A stretch of 64,000 nucleotides of DNA from the IMG/VR virus record IMGVR_UViG_3300045988_174665. One strand, given 5' to 3'. Position numbers and translations under genes: made by a program. Below are positions 8,118 through 16,748 of this stretch, one piece after another (position 1 is the stretch's first letter; each line of letters begins with the position of its first letter). The DNA comes from a virus. Under the pieces are notes generated by a model. The model had not been told where the DNA came from, searched no databases, and saw only the letters and a list, made by a program, of their open reading frames with translations.

Positions 8118-9204
8118 AGAAAATAGAAACTGTCCGAAAACGCTTTACTCTTAACCAAGAGGGTCTACATATAAAAGTAAGGATGGATTACATATAGATG
8201 TAGGCTAACGGTATCAGCGAAATAAGACCTCTCATTGAAACCAAAAGAGATAATGAGACGTATGTCCAAGGACGAATAAGCTGACTAAGAAACCCTAAAC
8301 CTGAGATATGGTGAGATAAAGGGAATACCGTGGGAATCAGAATTAATCCATTCCTTCTATTAAAAGGAGGAAATTGAAATGATAGGTATTTATAAAATAA
8401 CTAAAAAAGAAAATGGTAAATCTTATATAGGACAATCTAACGACATCAAAAGAAGAATTAAAGAGCATCAATATAAAAGTGATATTCCTATTGACCTAGC
8501 AATACAAAAATATGGAATAGATGCTTTTAAATATGAAATAATTGAAGAGTGTTCTTTAGATAAATTAAACGAAAAAGAAAAATATTGGATAGCATATTAC
8601 AATACATATAAAGGATTTGGTTATAACTGTGCTGAAGGCGGCGGAAACAACAGGTGTGAAAATAATGGAAGAGCTAAATTAACTAATGAAGAAGTTAGTT
8701 ATATTAGAGAATGTTATGATTTACATATGCGTCGTAATGAAGTTTATCAAAAGTTTAAAACAAAGATTTCTTTTAGTACTTTTGCTAGTATATGGGATGG
8801 TACTACTTGGAAAGATATTAAACCAGAAGTTTATACCGAAGAAAATAAAAAATATTATATGTATGAAGCTACCAGTGGTGAAAAATCAGAAAATGCTCAT
8901 CTTACAAAAGAAGAGGTCATTGAGTGTCGAACAAGGTATGTACAAGAAACAGCCAAAGAAATATATAAAGATTACCAAGAAAAGATAACATATCAAGCTT
9001 TTCAAGCTATGTTATGGGGAAGAACTTATAAAAATCTGCCTATATATAGCAAGAAAAAGAAAAAATGGATTAATAAATGAAGCCTGTAACGACTATCTCC
9101 GTGAAGGAGAGTACAATTACTATTGGTACGTAATTGGAAAGAGCGTTCTTATAATTTTATAAGTAAAATATAGTCTGAGCCATTTCGAAAGAGTGGAATA
9201 ATCG
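8118..9204 (+). mobile_element. group I self-splicing intron (ORF-containing)
   Basis: Joining 8117 to 9205 restores TDADSD|GYHIGLL. The 5' exon ends in U and the intron ends in G. Intron GUCCGA (8132-8137) pairs with exon UCGGAU (8112-8117), giving a U.G wobble at the splice site. Hairpins at 8148-8161, 8165-8203, 9096-9110 and 9114-9136, plus long-range pairing 9091-9096/9170-9175. Confidence 0.8.
8379..9080 (+). CDS. GIY-YIG homing endonuclease (intron-encoded)
   Basis: IGIYKITKKENGKSYIGQSNDIKRRIKEHQ...KEKYWIAYYN matches the GIY...YIG...R...H/E...N module. Has its own SD AAAGGAGGAAA. The basic C-terminal half is consistent with a DNA-binding region. Confidence 0.85.
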   Translation: MIGIYKITKKENGKSYIGQSNDIKRRIKEHQYKSDIPIDLAIQKYGIDAFKYEIIEECSLDKLNEKEKYWIAYYNTYKGFGYNCAEGGGNNRCENNGRAKLTNEEVSYIRECYDLHMRRNEVYQKFKTKISFSTFASIWDGTTWKDIKPEVYTEENKKYYMYEATSGEKSENAHLTKEEVIECRTRYVQETAKEIYKDYQEKITYQAFQAMLWGRTYKNLPIYSKKKKKWINK

Positions 9205-9585
9205 GGCTATCATATCGGTCTTTTAATAATGGCAGCAATGCTCTATCTTGCTCCAGATTTTATAAAAGAGGGAAGGTTATATTGGCTAAGAGCACCGCTG
9301 TATATAGTAAAAAATAAAGGAAAAGAAAGTTATTATTACACCGATGAAGAGTTTAATAAAGTAAGAAACACAATCAAAGGCGAAATAACTAGAAATAAGG
9401 GTCTTGGTGAAATGGATGCTGAATCGGCTAAGAAATCTATGTTTGAAGAAGAGCATCAAAGATTGGACCAGATTACCTATGATGATGAAGCTATTCGGCT
9501 TCTCCAAGAATTAATGGGTAGTGATGTCGAACCAAGAAGAAAATTTATTTTTAACAATATAGACTTTTCTACAATTAGAGAATAA
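9205..9585 (+). CDS. type IIA topoisomerase subunit B, exon 2
   Basis: The frame is open from 9202 and reads GYHIGLLIMAAMLYLAPDFIKEGRLYWLRAPLY. This matches GyrB D-G-xHI-xxLLLTFF...G..Y...PPLY. The track ORF 9229..9585 is only the part after the first ATG. Confidence 0.85.
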   Translation, partial: GYHIGLLIMAAMLYLAPDFIKEGRLYWLRAPLYIVKNKGKESYYYTDEEFNKVRNTIKGEITRNKGLGEMDAESAKKSMFEEEHQRLDQITYDDEAIRLLQELMGSDVEPRRKFIFNNIDFSTIRE

Positions 9586-9592
9586 AAATATC

Positions 9593-9625
9593 AAGAGAAG
9601 AAAATTTGTTTTTTCTTCTCTTTTT
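9593..9625 (+). terminator. rho-independent terminator
   Basis: 12-bp stem AAGAGAAGAAAA (9593-9604) / TTTTCTTCTCTT (9611-9622) followed by T residues. Confidence 0.65.
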
Positions 9626-9634
9626 ATATATAAT
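9606..9634 (+). promoter_or_regulatory. sigma70-type promoter for the topoisomerase A gene
   Basis: TTGTTT (9606-9611, in the terminator loop), 17-nt spacer, TATAAT (9629-9634). Confidence 0.45.
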
Positions 9635-9666
9635 ATTAATATAATAAAAAAGAAAGGAGAAATAGA

Positions 9667-12018
9667 ATGGCTGACTTTAAAAAAATTATTGAAGAAAGTT
9701 TTATTCAATATAGTGGGGCAGTATTGCAATCCCGTGCTTTAATTGATGTTAGAGATTGTATTAAACCTTCCACAAGACAAATTTTGTATGCATTATATAC
9801 TGATAAATTTACTAGTAATAAACCTTTTAAGAAAACCTTGAAGGCGGTAGGTTCACTTTCTCGTTTTTATATTCACGGCGATGCCTCAGCTGTAGGAGTA
9901 TTAATGCGTTCAGGGCAGAACTTTTCAATGAGATATCCTTTAATTTCTGTTAAAGGTAATGTTGGTACTTTAATGGAAAGTGGAAACTGGGCAAGTCAAC
10001 GATACACAGAATCAAGGTTATCACCAGTATCCGAGCAGTTGTTTACTGATATTAATAAAGATACTATAGAAGATTGGCGAGATAATTACGATAATACCGA
10101 AAAATATCCTGCTGTTTTGCCCTCAAAAGGATTTTATAACATAGTTAACGGTACTCTCGGAATCGGAATAGGAGCAGCATCAAGTATCCCTCCTTTTAAT
10201 TTAACGGAGGTTAATACCGCTTTAATTAAATTACTATGGAATCCAAATATCCCCTATGAAGAAATTTATTGTCCTCCAGATTTTCCAACGGGTGGAACAA
10301 TCTTAAATGAGGATGAGGTAAAAGAATCTTTAAAAAAGGGTACAGGTTTTGCTTGTAAAATTAGGTCAAAAATTGAATATGACAAAAATGAAAAGATTCT
10401 AACTGTCAAAGAAATTCCTTATGGTGTTTATACTAATACTATTTCAAAAGAATTGGAAACTATTTTGAATAGTGAGGATAATCCCGGTATTGACAGATTT
10501 AATGATTTAACTGGTCTTACCCCTTTAATTAAAATTTATCTAACTAAAAAGGCTAATGTCCAAAAAGTATTAACTTATTTATATAAAAATACTTCATTGC
10601 AATCTTTTTATGGAATTAATATGACTATGCTTAAAGATGGTCGTTTTCCACAGGTTTTTGGTTGGAAAGAAGCATTAACTGAATTTCTTAAACATCAAAT
10701 CTCTGTTTATACTAAAGGTTTTGAATACGATTATAAAGTAATTTTAAATAAAATTCATATCATTGAGGGACTTTTAAAAGCAATTTCTATCATTGATAAA
10801 GTCATCGCTTTAATTAAATCTTCTTCAAGTTCTAAAGTTGCCTCTGAAAATTTACAGAGTCAATATGGTTTTTCTAGTGAACAGGCACAAGCTATTTTAA
10901 ATATTAAATTAGCTCGATTAGCTCATTTAGAAGTTAATAAACTGGAAAAGGAAAGAGAAGATTTAAAAATAGAGTTTAATCGTATTAAAGATATTTTACA
11001 GAATCCAGATTTATTAAAAAAGGAAATTGAAAAAGACCTCCAACAAGTTATGAATAAATACGGAGATAGCAGAAGAACAGAATTGCTAAATGTAGAAAAA
11101 GAAAATGAAGAACCGGTTGATGTTAAATCTTTGATTATTAATTTAACAAACCAAAATTCTTTATTTGTTTCTGAAAACTCTTCACTTTTTTCTCAGAAGC
11201 GTGGCGGCGTTGGTAATAAATTCAAGTTAAATAAAGGAGAGTATATTTTATCCACCATTTCGGCAGAAAATGTAGATAATCTATTGTTATTTAGTAATAA
11301 AGGTATGGTTTATAACACCAATTTAAATCAATTGCCTTTGGAAGAAAAAATTCCAATAGAATCAATTTGTTCAATTCCCTCTTCTGAAAAAATTAACTGT
11401 ATTGTTAATCTAAATAAAAAGACTGAAAATAAGAATATAATTTTCTTTTCTAAGAAGGGGATGTTAAAAAAATCTTTACTTTCTGAGTACAATATGAAAA
11501 GAAAAAATGGATTAAAGGCTTTAGAATTAAATAAGGAGGACGAGCTATGTTCTACTTTAATTTTAAATGATGAAAAAGTTGGTCTTTTAACTTCCAATGG
11601 AAATTTTCTATATTTTTCTACAAAAACCGTAAATCCAGTTGGTAGAATAGCTAAAGGTGTAAAATCTATAAAATTAAACGATAATGATTTTATAGTGTCA
11701 GCAAAAATTATTCCTAATGCAACCGATTACTTAGTTAGTATTTCAAATAAAGGGTTGATTAAAAAGACTGATTTTTCCGAATTTAGTATTGGTTCAAGAT
11801 ATACTAAGGGAGTAAAAATTCAGAAGAACAAAGAAGAAGATAAAATGGCGGATTTTCTACCTGTTTTTAAAGAAGATAAAAGCGTTATTATCACTTCTAC
11901 AAAAGCACAAATTAAAATAGACACTTCTGAAATTTCTACTTTAGGTAAAGGAACTTATGGAAATAAATCTATAAAAATGCCATTAGAAGATAAAATTGTT
12001 AGTTTAACAAAATTTTAA
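9667..12018 (+). CDS. type IIA topoisomerase subunit A (GyrA/ParC-like)
   Basis: QSRALIDVRDCIKPSTRQILYAL N-terminal signature; catalytic Tyr context ASQRYTESRL. C-terminal repeat region includes the GyrA-box-like QKRGGVG. Confidence 0.92.
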   Translation: MADFKKIIEESFIQYSGAVLQSRALIDVRDCIKPSTRQILYALYTDKFTSNKPFKKTLKAVGSLSRFYIHGDASAVGVLMRSGQNFSMRYPLISVKGNVGTLMESGNWASQRYTESRLSPVSEQLFTDINKDTIEDWRDNYDNTEKYPAVLPSKGFYNIVNGTLGIGIGAASSIPPFNLTEVNTALIKLLWNPNIPYEEIYCPPDFPTGGTILNEDEVKESLKKGTGFACKIRSKIEYDKNEKILTVKEIPYGVYTNTISKELETILNSEDNPGIDRFNDLTGLTPLIKIYLTKKANVQKVLTYLYKNTSLQSFYGINMTMLKDGRFPQVFGWKEALTEFLKHQISVYTKGFEYDYKVILNKIHIIEGLLKAISIIDKVIALIKSSSSSKVASENLQSQYGFSSEQAQAILNIKLARLAHLEVNKLEKEREDLKIEFNRIKDILQNPDLLKKEIEKDLQQVMNKYGDSRRTELLNVEKENEEPVDVKSLIINLTNQNSLFVSENSSLFSQKRGGVGNKFKLNKGEYILSTISAENVDNLLLFSNKGMVYNTNLNQLPLEEKIPIESICSIPSSEKINCIVNLNKKTENKNIIFFSKKGMLKKSLLSEYNMKRKNGLKALELNKEDELCSTLILNDEKVGLLTSNGNFLYFSTKTVNPVGRIAKGVKSIKLNDNDFIVSAKIIPNATDYLVSISNKGLIKKTDFSEFSIGSRYTKGVKIQKNKEEDKMADFLPVFKEDKSVIITSTKAQIKIDTSEISTLGKGTYGNKSIKMPLEDKIVSLTKF

Positions 12019-12047
12019 AAATTTTGTAAAAATAAGTCGAACAAAAT

Positions 12048-12076
12048 TTGAAAAAAAAAGAAAATTAAACTATAAT
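12048..12076 (+). promoter_or_regulatory. sigma70-type promoter
   Basis: TTGAAA (12048-12053), 17-nt spacer, TATAAT (12071-12076). Confidence 0.6.
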
Positions 12077-12140
12077 ATTTATAGAAAGTTAAGAAAGCTT
12101 TCCAATAAAAAAAAATATTAAAAAAAGGAGTTAAAAAGTT

Positions 12141-12389
12141 ATGAAGCTTACAGAAAAGTCAAATGAGGTATTTAATTATGTTAAGGAGAACGGCGGTAGA
12201 ATTTCTATTCCAGAAATTGCTCAGGCAGTAGGTCGTTCAGAAAAGAGTGTAGGTGCTAATGTTACAGACCTTAAAAAGAAAGGTCTTGCTTTCAGAGAAA
12301 AGGTAGCAGCTGAAGTTGAGGGCGAAAAGGATATCACTTATGTAGTTCTCACAGATGAAGGTAAGGATTTTGTTCCCTCAGAGGACTAA
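12141..12389 (+). CDS. small winged-helix-like DNA-binding protein (putative)
   Basis: 82 aa. ISIPEIAQAVGRSEKSVGANVTDLKKKGL resembles a wHTH recognition unit. Monocistronic, between its own promoter and terminator. Confidence 0.45.
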   Translation: MKLTEKSNEVFNYVKENGGRISIPEIAQAVGRSEKSVGANVTDLKKKGLAFREKVAAEVEGEKDITYVVLTDEGKDFVPSED

Positions 12390-12420
12390 GTCCAAACCTT
12401 ATTAAGTAATTATTTAAAAG

Positions 12421-12449
12421 GAGAAAAGAGGAAATCTTTTCTCTTTTTT
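12421..12449 (+). terminator. rho-independent terminator
   Basis: GAGAAAAGA (12421-12429) / TCTTTTCTC (12435-12443) followed by T6. Confidence 0.75.
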
Positions 12450-12509
12450 AAATAAAATCCCATTTTAAAAATTAAAAATTAAGAATATAATTAAAAGGAG
12501 TATTTATTA

Positions 12510-13424
12510 ATGGAAAATAATAAGATGCGTGAATGTGAAAATGATGTTACAATTGAAGGGATTTTATCAGAAATTTCTATTTCAGAAACTTCCTATATGA
12601 AAGATAATCAGAAAGTTGAGGCTCTGGGCGGAGTTTTGAAGATTAGAGTTCCTAATAAGGATGGCTCTATTAATGACATTCCTGTTCATATGTTTAGTAA
12701 TAAATATAAGAAAGACGGCACACCAAATTCCATTTATAAGAGTATAGAAACTATTAAAAATACTTATGTATCAATTGCGGCTTGCGGTAATGAAGAGCAG
12801 GCAGACAAGATTCGTGTTAGTTCTGGTAAAATTCAAATGAATGAATTTACTTCTCAGAGTGGTAAGGCAGTTTCTTTCCCACGAATTACTTGTAATTTTG
12901 TTAATAGAGTTAAACCAGAAGAATATAAGCCACAGGCAGTTTTTTCAGTAGAATTTGTAATTGGAAGAGCTGGTTATGAAACTACAAAAGACGGTCTTGA
13001 AACAGATAGATATAAGATTGAAGGTGTAGTTGTTGGTTATAATGGAAGAGTTGATTTAGTTCCTTTCTATACTTCAAATCAGAATGTAACTGATGTAGTA
13101 TCTCAGTATTGGTCAGAGGGCGATACAGTTAAAGCAAGCGGCAGATTAAACTTTAGCTCAAAGACTGAAACTTACACAAAGCCAGTTGATTTTGGCGAGC
13201 CAATCGAAGAAACTCGTACAATTAATATCAGTGAACTTCTAATTACTGGCGGTTCACAGACTCCTTTGGACGGTTCTCTTGCATATGATATGGAAGATAT
13301 TAAAAATGGTTTAAAGGAAAGAAAAGCTAGACTTGAAGCTGCGAAAGAAAAGAGTATGTCTGGAGTAAAGAGCAGAACTGCTCCGGCAGTTAATAAATCA
13401 AGTACTTTTGATTTAGGATTTTAA
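12510..13424 (+). CDS. putative single-stranded DNA-binding protein
   Basis: Sits in the replication module next to the Sak4-like ATPase. Beta-rich body with a flexible tail ending FDLGF, which resembles the SSB C-terminal D-(I/L)-P-F tip. No canonical SSB motif seen. Confidence 0.4.
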   Translation: MENNKMRECENDVTIEGILSEISISETSYMKDNQKVEALGGVLKIRVPNKDGSINDIPVHMFSNKYKKDGTPNSIYKSIETIKNTYVSIAACGNEEQADKIRVSSGKIQMNEFTSQSGKAVSFPRITCNFVNRVKPEEYKPQAVFSVEFVIGRAGYETTKDGLETDRYKIEGVVVGYNGRVDLVPFYTSNQNVTDVVSQYWSEGDTVKASGRLNFSSKTETYTKPVDFGEPIEETRTINISELLITGGSQTPLDGSLAYDMEDIKNGLKERKARLEAAKEKSMSGVKSRTAPAVNKSSTFDLGF

Positions 13425-13439
13425 TTCGAGGTGACTTAG

Positions 13440-14405
13440 ATGGCAAAACAAATCATTAACATTTTAGAGTTAGAGCCATCAGTTATTAATCGTGGCTTAA
13501 AAGGTAAATATATATGTGTGTATGGCTTACCTAAAGTCGGAAAAACGACTTTTGCAAGCCAATGTCCTAATAATTTATTATTAGGTTTTGAACACGGTTG
13601 GAATGCTTTAGCAGGAGTTAAAGCGGTTGATATTACTTCTTGGGCAGATTTTAAGCTGGTTTTAAATCAGCTTAAAAAGCCTGAAGCTCAAGAAATGTAT
13701 GAAACAATAACAATTGATACCGTAGGATTAGCTTGGAATCTTTGTGAAGATTATATTTGTGCAAAAAATGGAGTCGCATCCATCGGGGATATTCCTTGGG
13801 GAGCAGGATATAGTCTATGTACAAAAGAATTTGCTGAAGCTATAAAGAAAATCACTCAATTAGGTTATGGTTTAGTAATCATCGCCCATGTTGATAAGAA
13901 AACTATTAAAATGGATGATGAAACAGAAGTAATTCAATACGGGCCAGCTATTCCTAAAAGATGTTATAATATTGTAAATCAATTGGTAGATATTATTGGA
14001 TATATTGATGTTGTATGGGAAGACGATGGAAAACCTCATAGATACTTATATACCAGAAGTACACCAAATGTAATGGCAGGCACTAGATTTGCTTACTTAA
14101 AAACTAAAATTCCATTTGGATATAATGAGTTAGTAAATGCAGTTAATGATGCTATTGATAAAGAAGCAGAAATGGGCAGTAAGGTAGTTAATTCTGAAAC
14201 AACTCAAGAATTTTCTTACGAAGATTTAATGCTAAGAGCAAAAGAAATGTGGGAAGAATTGGTTGCCCAAGACCCCGAAAATAGTATAAAAATTACTAAT
14301 ATTTGTGAAGAAGTATCAGGTGAAAAAAGAAAAATTTCTTCTTTTACACCAGAAGAAAAAAGTTTGCTTGAACAAATAGTTTTAAAAATACAAAGTTTAT
14401 ACTAA
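13440..14405 (+). CDS. AAA_24/Sak4-like RecA-fold ATPase
   Basis: KYICVYGLPKVGKTTFAS Walker A and ITIDTV Walker B-like motif. Size and context are typical of phage Sak4-type recombination ATPases. Confidence 0.7.
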   Translation: MAKQIINILELEPSVINRGLKGKYICVYGLPKVGKTTFASQCPNNLLLGFEHGWNALAGVKAVDITSWADFKLVLNQLKKPEAQEMYETITIDTVGLAWNLCEDYICAKNGVASIGDIPWGAGYSLCTKEFAEAIKKITQLGYGLVIIAHVDKKTIKMDDETEVIQYGPAIPKRCYNIVNQLVDIIGYIDVVWEDDGKPHRYLYTRSTPNVMAGTRFAYLKTKIPFGYNELVNAVNDAIDKEAEMGSKVVNSETTQEFSYEDLMLRAKEMWEELVAQDPENSIKITNICEEVSGEKRKISSFTPEEKSLLEQIVLKIQSLY

Positions 14406-14410
14406 TAAAA

Positions 14411-14440
14411 AGTGGGAGGTAAATTACCTTCCACTTTTTT
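14411..14440 (+). terminator. rho-independent terminator
   Basis: AGTGGGAGGT (14411-14420) / ACCTTCCACT (14426-14435, one G.U pair) followed by a T run to 14440. Confidence 0.75.
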
Positions 14441-14467
14441 GACATTTTTATAAAAATATGATATAAT
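14439..14467 (+). promoter_or_regulatory. consensus sigma70 promoter with extended -10
   Basis: TTGACA (14439-14444), 17-nt spacer, TATAAT (14462-14467), with TG at 14459-14460. Confidence 0.75.
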
Positions 14468-14494
14468 ATAAATAGAAATGGAGGATTGTTAATT

Positions 14495-15139
14495 ATGCAA
14501 GTCACCTGTTTATATTGTAGGCAAAAATTAGAAAAAGAAGAAGGGGTTAGAGTTGGTACCCGATATGCTCATAAAGAATGTGTCGAAAAGAGAGAACAAA
14601 AAGAAGCATCAGCTGAAAAAAAGACTCTCATACCTACTGTTCCAAAAAAGAACTTAAAAATCTGTTATTACTGTAAAAAAGAGATAAATATTGTAGAAGA
14701 ACCATATAAGAAACCTCGAATTAATAGATATGCTCATTTAAAGTGCTATGAATTAAATTATACCGAAGATGAACTTTATATAGATAAAATCTATTCTTTT
14801 CTTAAATCCATTGGTATAAAAGTTGACTATGCTTTGTGCGAGCGTCAACGTAATCATTTTATTAAAGATTTTGGATACAATAATGAAGGAATTTTATTAG
14901 CTTTAAAATATTTTTATGAAGTTAAAAAAAGTAGTCCAGACAAATCTGGTAATAGAATAGGAATTGTTCCATATGTTTATGAAGAAGCTCAGTCATATTA
15001 TAGTAATTTAAATAAAAAGCAAAAGAAAATTGCTAAAGATGTAAAAGAACAACTTAAAATTGTTCCAATTACAATTCAAATCAAAGGCAGTGAAGAAAAA
15101 GCTTCCAAAAATTACATAGATATAGATAATATAATTTAG
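14495..15139 (+). CDS. zinc-finger protein with DnaD-like C-terminus; putative replication initiator or helicase loader
   Basis: Two copies of CxxC-x(15-20)-RYAHxxC (CLYCRQ...RYAHKEC; CYYCKK...RYAHLKC). The C-terminus (NNEGILLALKYFYEV...IGIVPYVYEEA) resembles DnaD/replisome-organizer domains. Lies directly upstream of the DnaB-like gene. Confidence 0.4.
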   Translation: MQVTCLYCRQKLEKEEGVRVGTRYAHKECVEKREQKEASAEKKTLIPTVPKKNLKICYYCKKEINIVEEPYKKPRINRYAHLKCYELNYTEDELYIDKIYSFLKSIGIKVDYALCERQRNHFIKDFGYNNEGILLALKYFYEVKKSSPDKSGNRIGIVPYVYEEAQSYYSNLNKKQKKIAKDVKEQLKIVPITIQIKGSEEKASKNYIDIDNII

Positions 15140-15149
15140 GAGGCATTAA

Positions 15150-16748
15150 ATGGTAGATAAAGAAATTATAATTCAAGTGCTTTGCAGCCTTATGCAAAAG
15201 CCGAGTTATTTAAGCGAAACAGATAAATATTATTTAACTCCAGATGACTTTTCTACAATTTTTGAAAAATATATTTTTTCTGCTATTTTTAATTTGTATA
15301 AAAGTGGAGCAGAACATATTACTGTAGTAGATATAGATGTTTATTTTAATGACCACGCTGCCGCTAAGGCAGTTTTTGAAAAAGAAAAGGGTATAGAATT
15401 TTTACAAAATGGTTTAGATTTTGTTCTACCAGAAAACTTCCCTTTTTACTACAAGAAGTTAAAGAAATTTAATTGTTTGCGAGATTTAAAGAAGATTGGT
15501 TTTGATACTTCTAATTTGTATAGTGATAACTTACTAGATGATAACTCTAAAAAAATTAATGAAAGATTCGAAGAATTAGAAATAAGTGATATTTTTGATA
15601 TAGTAAAGCGTAAGTTTTTAAAGGTAGAAACTGATTATAAAAAAGGTGACGCTTCAGAAATAACTAAAGCTAATAAAGGTTTGAAAAATCTAAAACAAAA
15701 ATTAAAGCAACATCCAGAAGTGGGTTCTCCATTACAGGGTATGATTTTTAATACCGTTTGTCGAGGAGCGAGAAAAGGAAAGTTTTATTTGCGAACTGCG
15801 TCTAGTGGTACAGGTAAAACAAGAGCAGCAGTAGGCGATGCTTGTTATTTATCTTATCCATTAAGATTTAATCAAACATCTTGGAAATGGGAATTATGTG
15901 GTTCTAATGAAAAGACTTTATTTATAGCTACTGAGCAAGAATTGGAAGAAGTGCAAACCTTAATTTTAGCTTATTTAACTGGTTTAAATGAAGAAAAAAT
16001 TCTGAATGGACAATATTCAGATGAAGAAGATTTAGTTCTCTCTCAGGCAATAGAAATTATGGATACTTTTTCAGATAATCTACTAATTGTTCAATTACCA
16101 AATCCAAATATTGAACAGATAAAGGCTACAGTAAGACAAAGCTGGATTGTTAATGATATTCAAAATGTATTTTATGATTATATTTTTTCTAGTCCTTCCC
16201 TGCTAAACGAATTTCGTGACCTAAGGATTCGAGAAGACGTTGCTCTTGGCATGATGTCCACAGCTTTAAAAGATTTGGCGGTAGAGATGAAACTTTTTGT
16301 AATGTCTTCTACTCAAACAAATGCTAAATCCGAAGAAGCTAAAGGGGTAAAAAATGAGAGTATTCTTCGTGGCGCTCGAGCCATTGCTGATAAAATAGAC
16401 TTAGGAGCAATAATTTCTCGAGTAACAGATGAAGAAGTGGAAGTATTGAGAGATGTAATTGAAAATATAGGTATAATTCCTAATCAAGTAATGGATATTT
16501 ATAAGAATCGTAGAGGTCGATTCGTAAATATAAGAATTTGGAGTTTTGTTGATTTGGGGACTTGTCGGAAAAAAGATTTATTTATGACTGATGGAAAATT
16601 TCAAACAATAGACAATTTTTCTGTGGTTGATTATGTTTTTAATACAGAAAATAAGGCGGTTGTTTCTTTAATTAAAAAATTAAATGAAGATTTTGCACAA
16701 GAAGAGCGTTCATCAGAAGTTCATAGTGGTTTTGAAGGGTTATTATAA
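15150..16748 (+). CDS. DnaB-like replicative helicase
   Basis: DnaB N-domain-like start (IIQVLCSLMQKPSYL...DFSTIFEKYIFSAI), Walker A ASSGTGKTR, and RecA-fold motifs (LFIATEQE, VFYDYIF, VMSSTQTN, RGARAIADKID). Confidence 0.8.
   Translation: MVDKEIIIQVLCSLMQKPSYLSETDKYYLTPDDFSTIFEKYIFSAIFNLYKSGAEHITVVDIDVYFNDHAAAKAVFEKEKGIEFLQNGLDFVLPENFPFYYKKLKKFNCLRDLKKIGFDTSNLYSDNLLDDNSKKINERFEELEISDIFDIVKRKFLKVETDYKKGDASEITKANKGLKNLKQKLKQHPEVGSPLQGMIFNTVCRGARKGKFYLRTASSGTGKTRAAVGDACYLSYPLRFNQTSWKWELCGSNEKTLFIATEQELEEVQTLILAYLTGLNEEKILNGQYSDEEDLVLSQAIEIMDTFSDNLLIVQLPNPNIEQIKATVRQSWIVNDIQNVFYDYIFSSPSLLNEFRDLRIREDVALGMMSTALKDLAVEMKLFVMSSTQTNAKSEEAKGVKNESILRGARAIADKIDLGAIISRVTDEEVEVLRDVIENIGIIPNQVMDIYKNRRGRFVNIRIWSFVDLGTCRKKDLFMTDGKFQTIDNFSVVDYVFNTENKAVVSLIKKLNEDFAQEERSSEVHSGFEGLL

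Noticed and set aside
8686-8988. 100-aa alternative-frame ORF inside the GIY-YIG gene
   Set aside because: It overlaps a motif-bearing gene in another frame, has no SD, and is low-complexity.
8118-9204. Alternative explanations for the split topoisomerase gene: an intein, T4 gene-60-style ribosomal bypass, or two separate subunits
   Set aside because: In-frame stops immediately after 8117 exclude an intein. A 1087-nt gap containing a translated ORF is far beyond any known bypass. Exon 2's conserved residues (GYHIGLLI) lie upstream of any start codon, which argues against an independently translated subunit.
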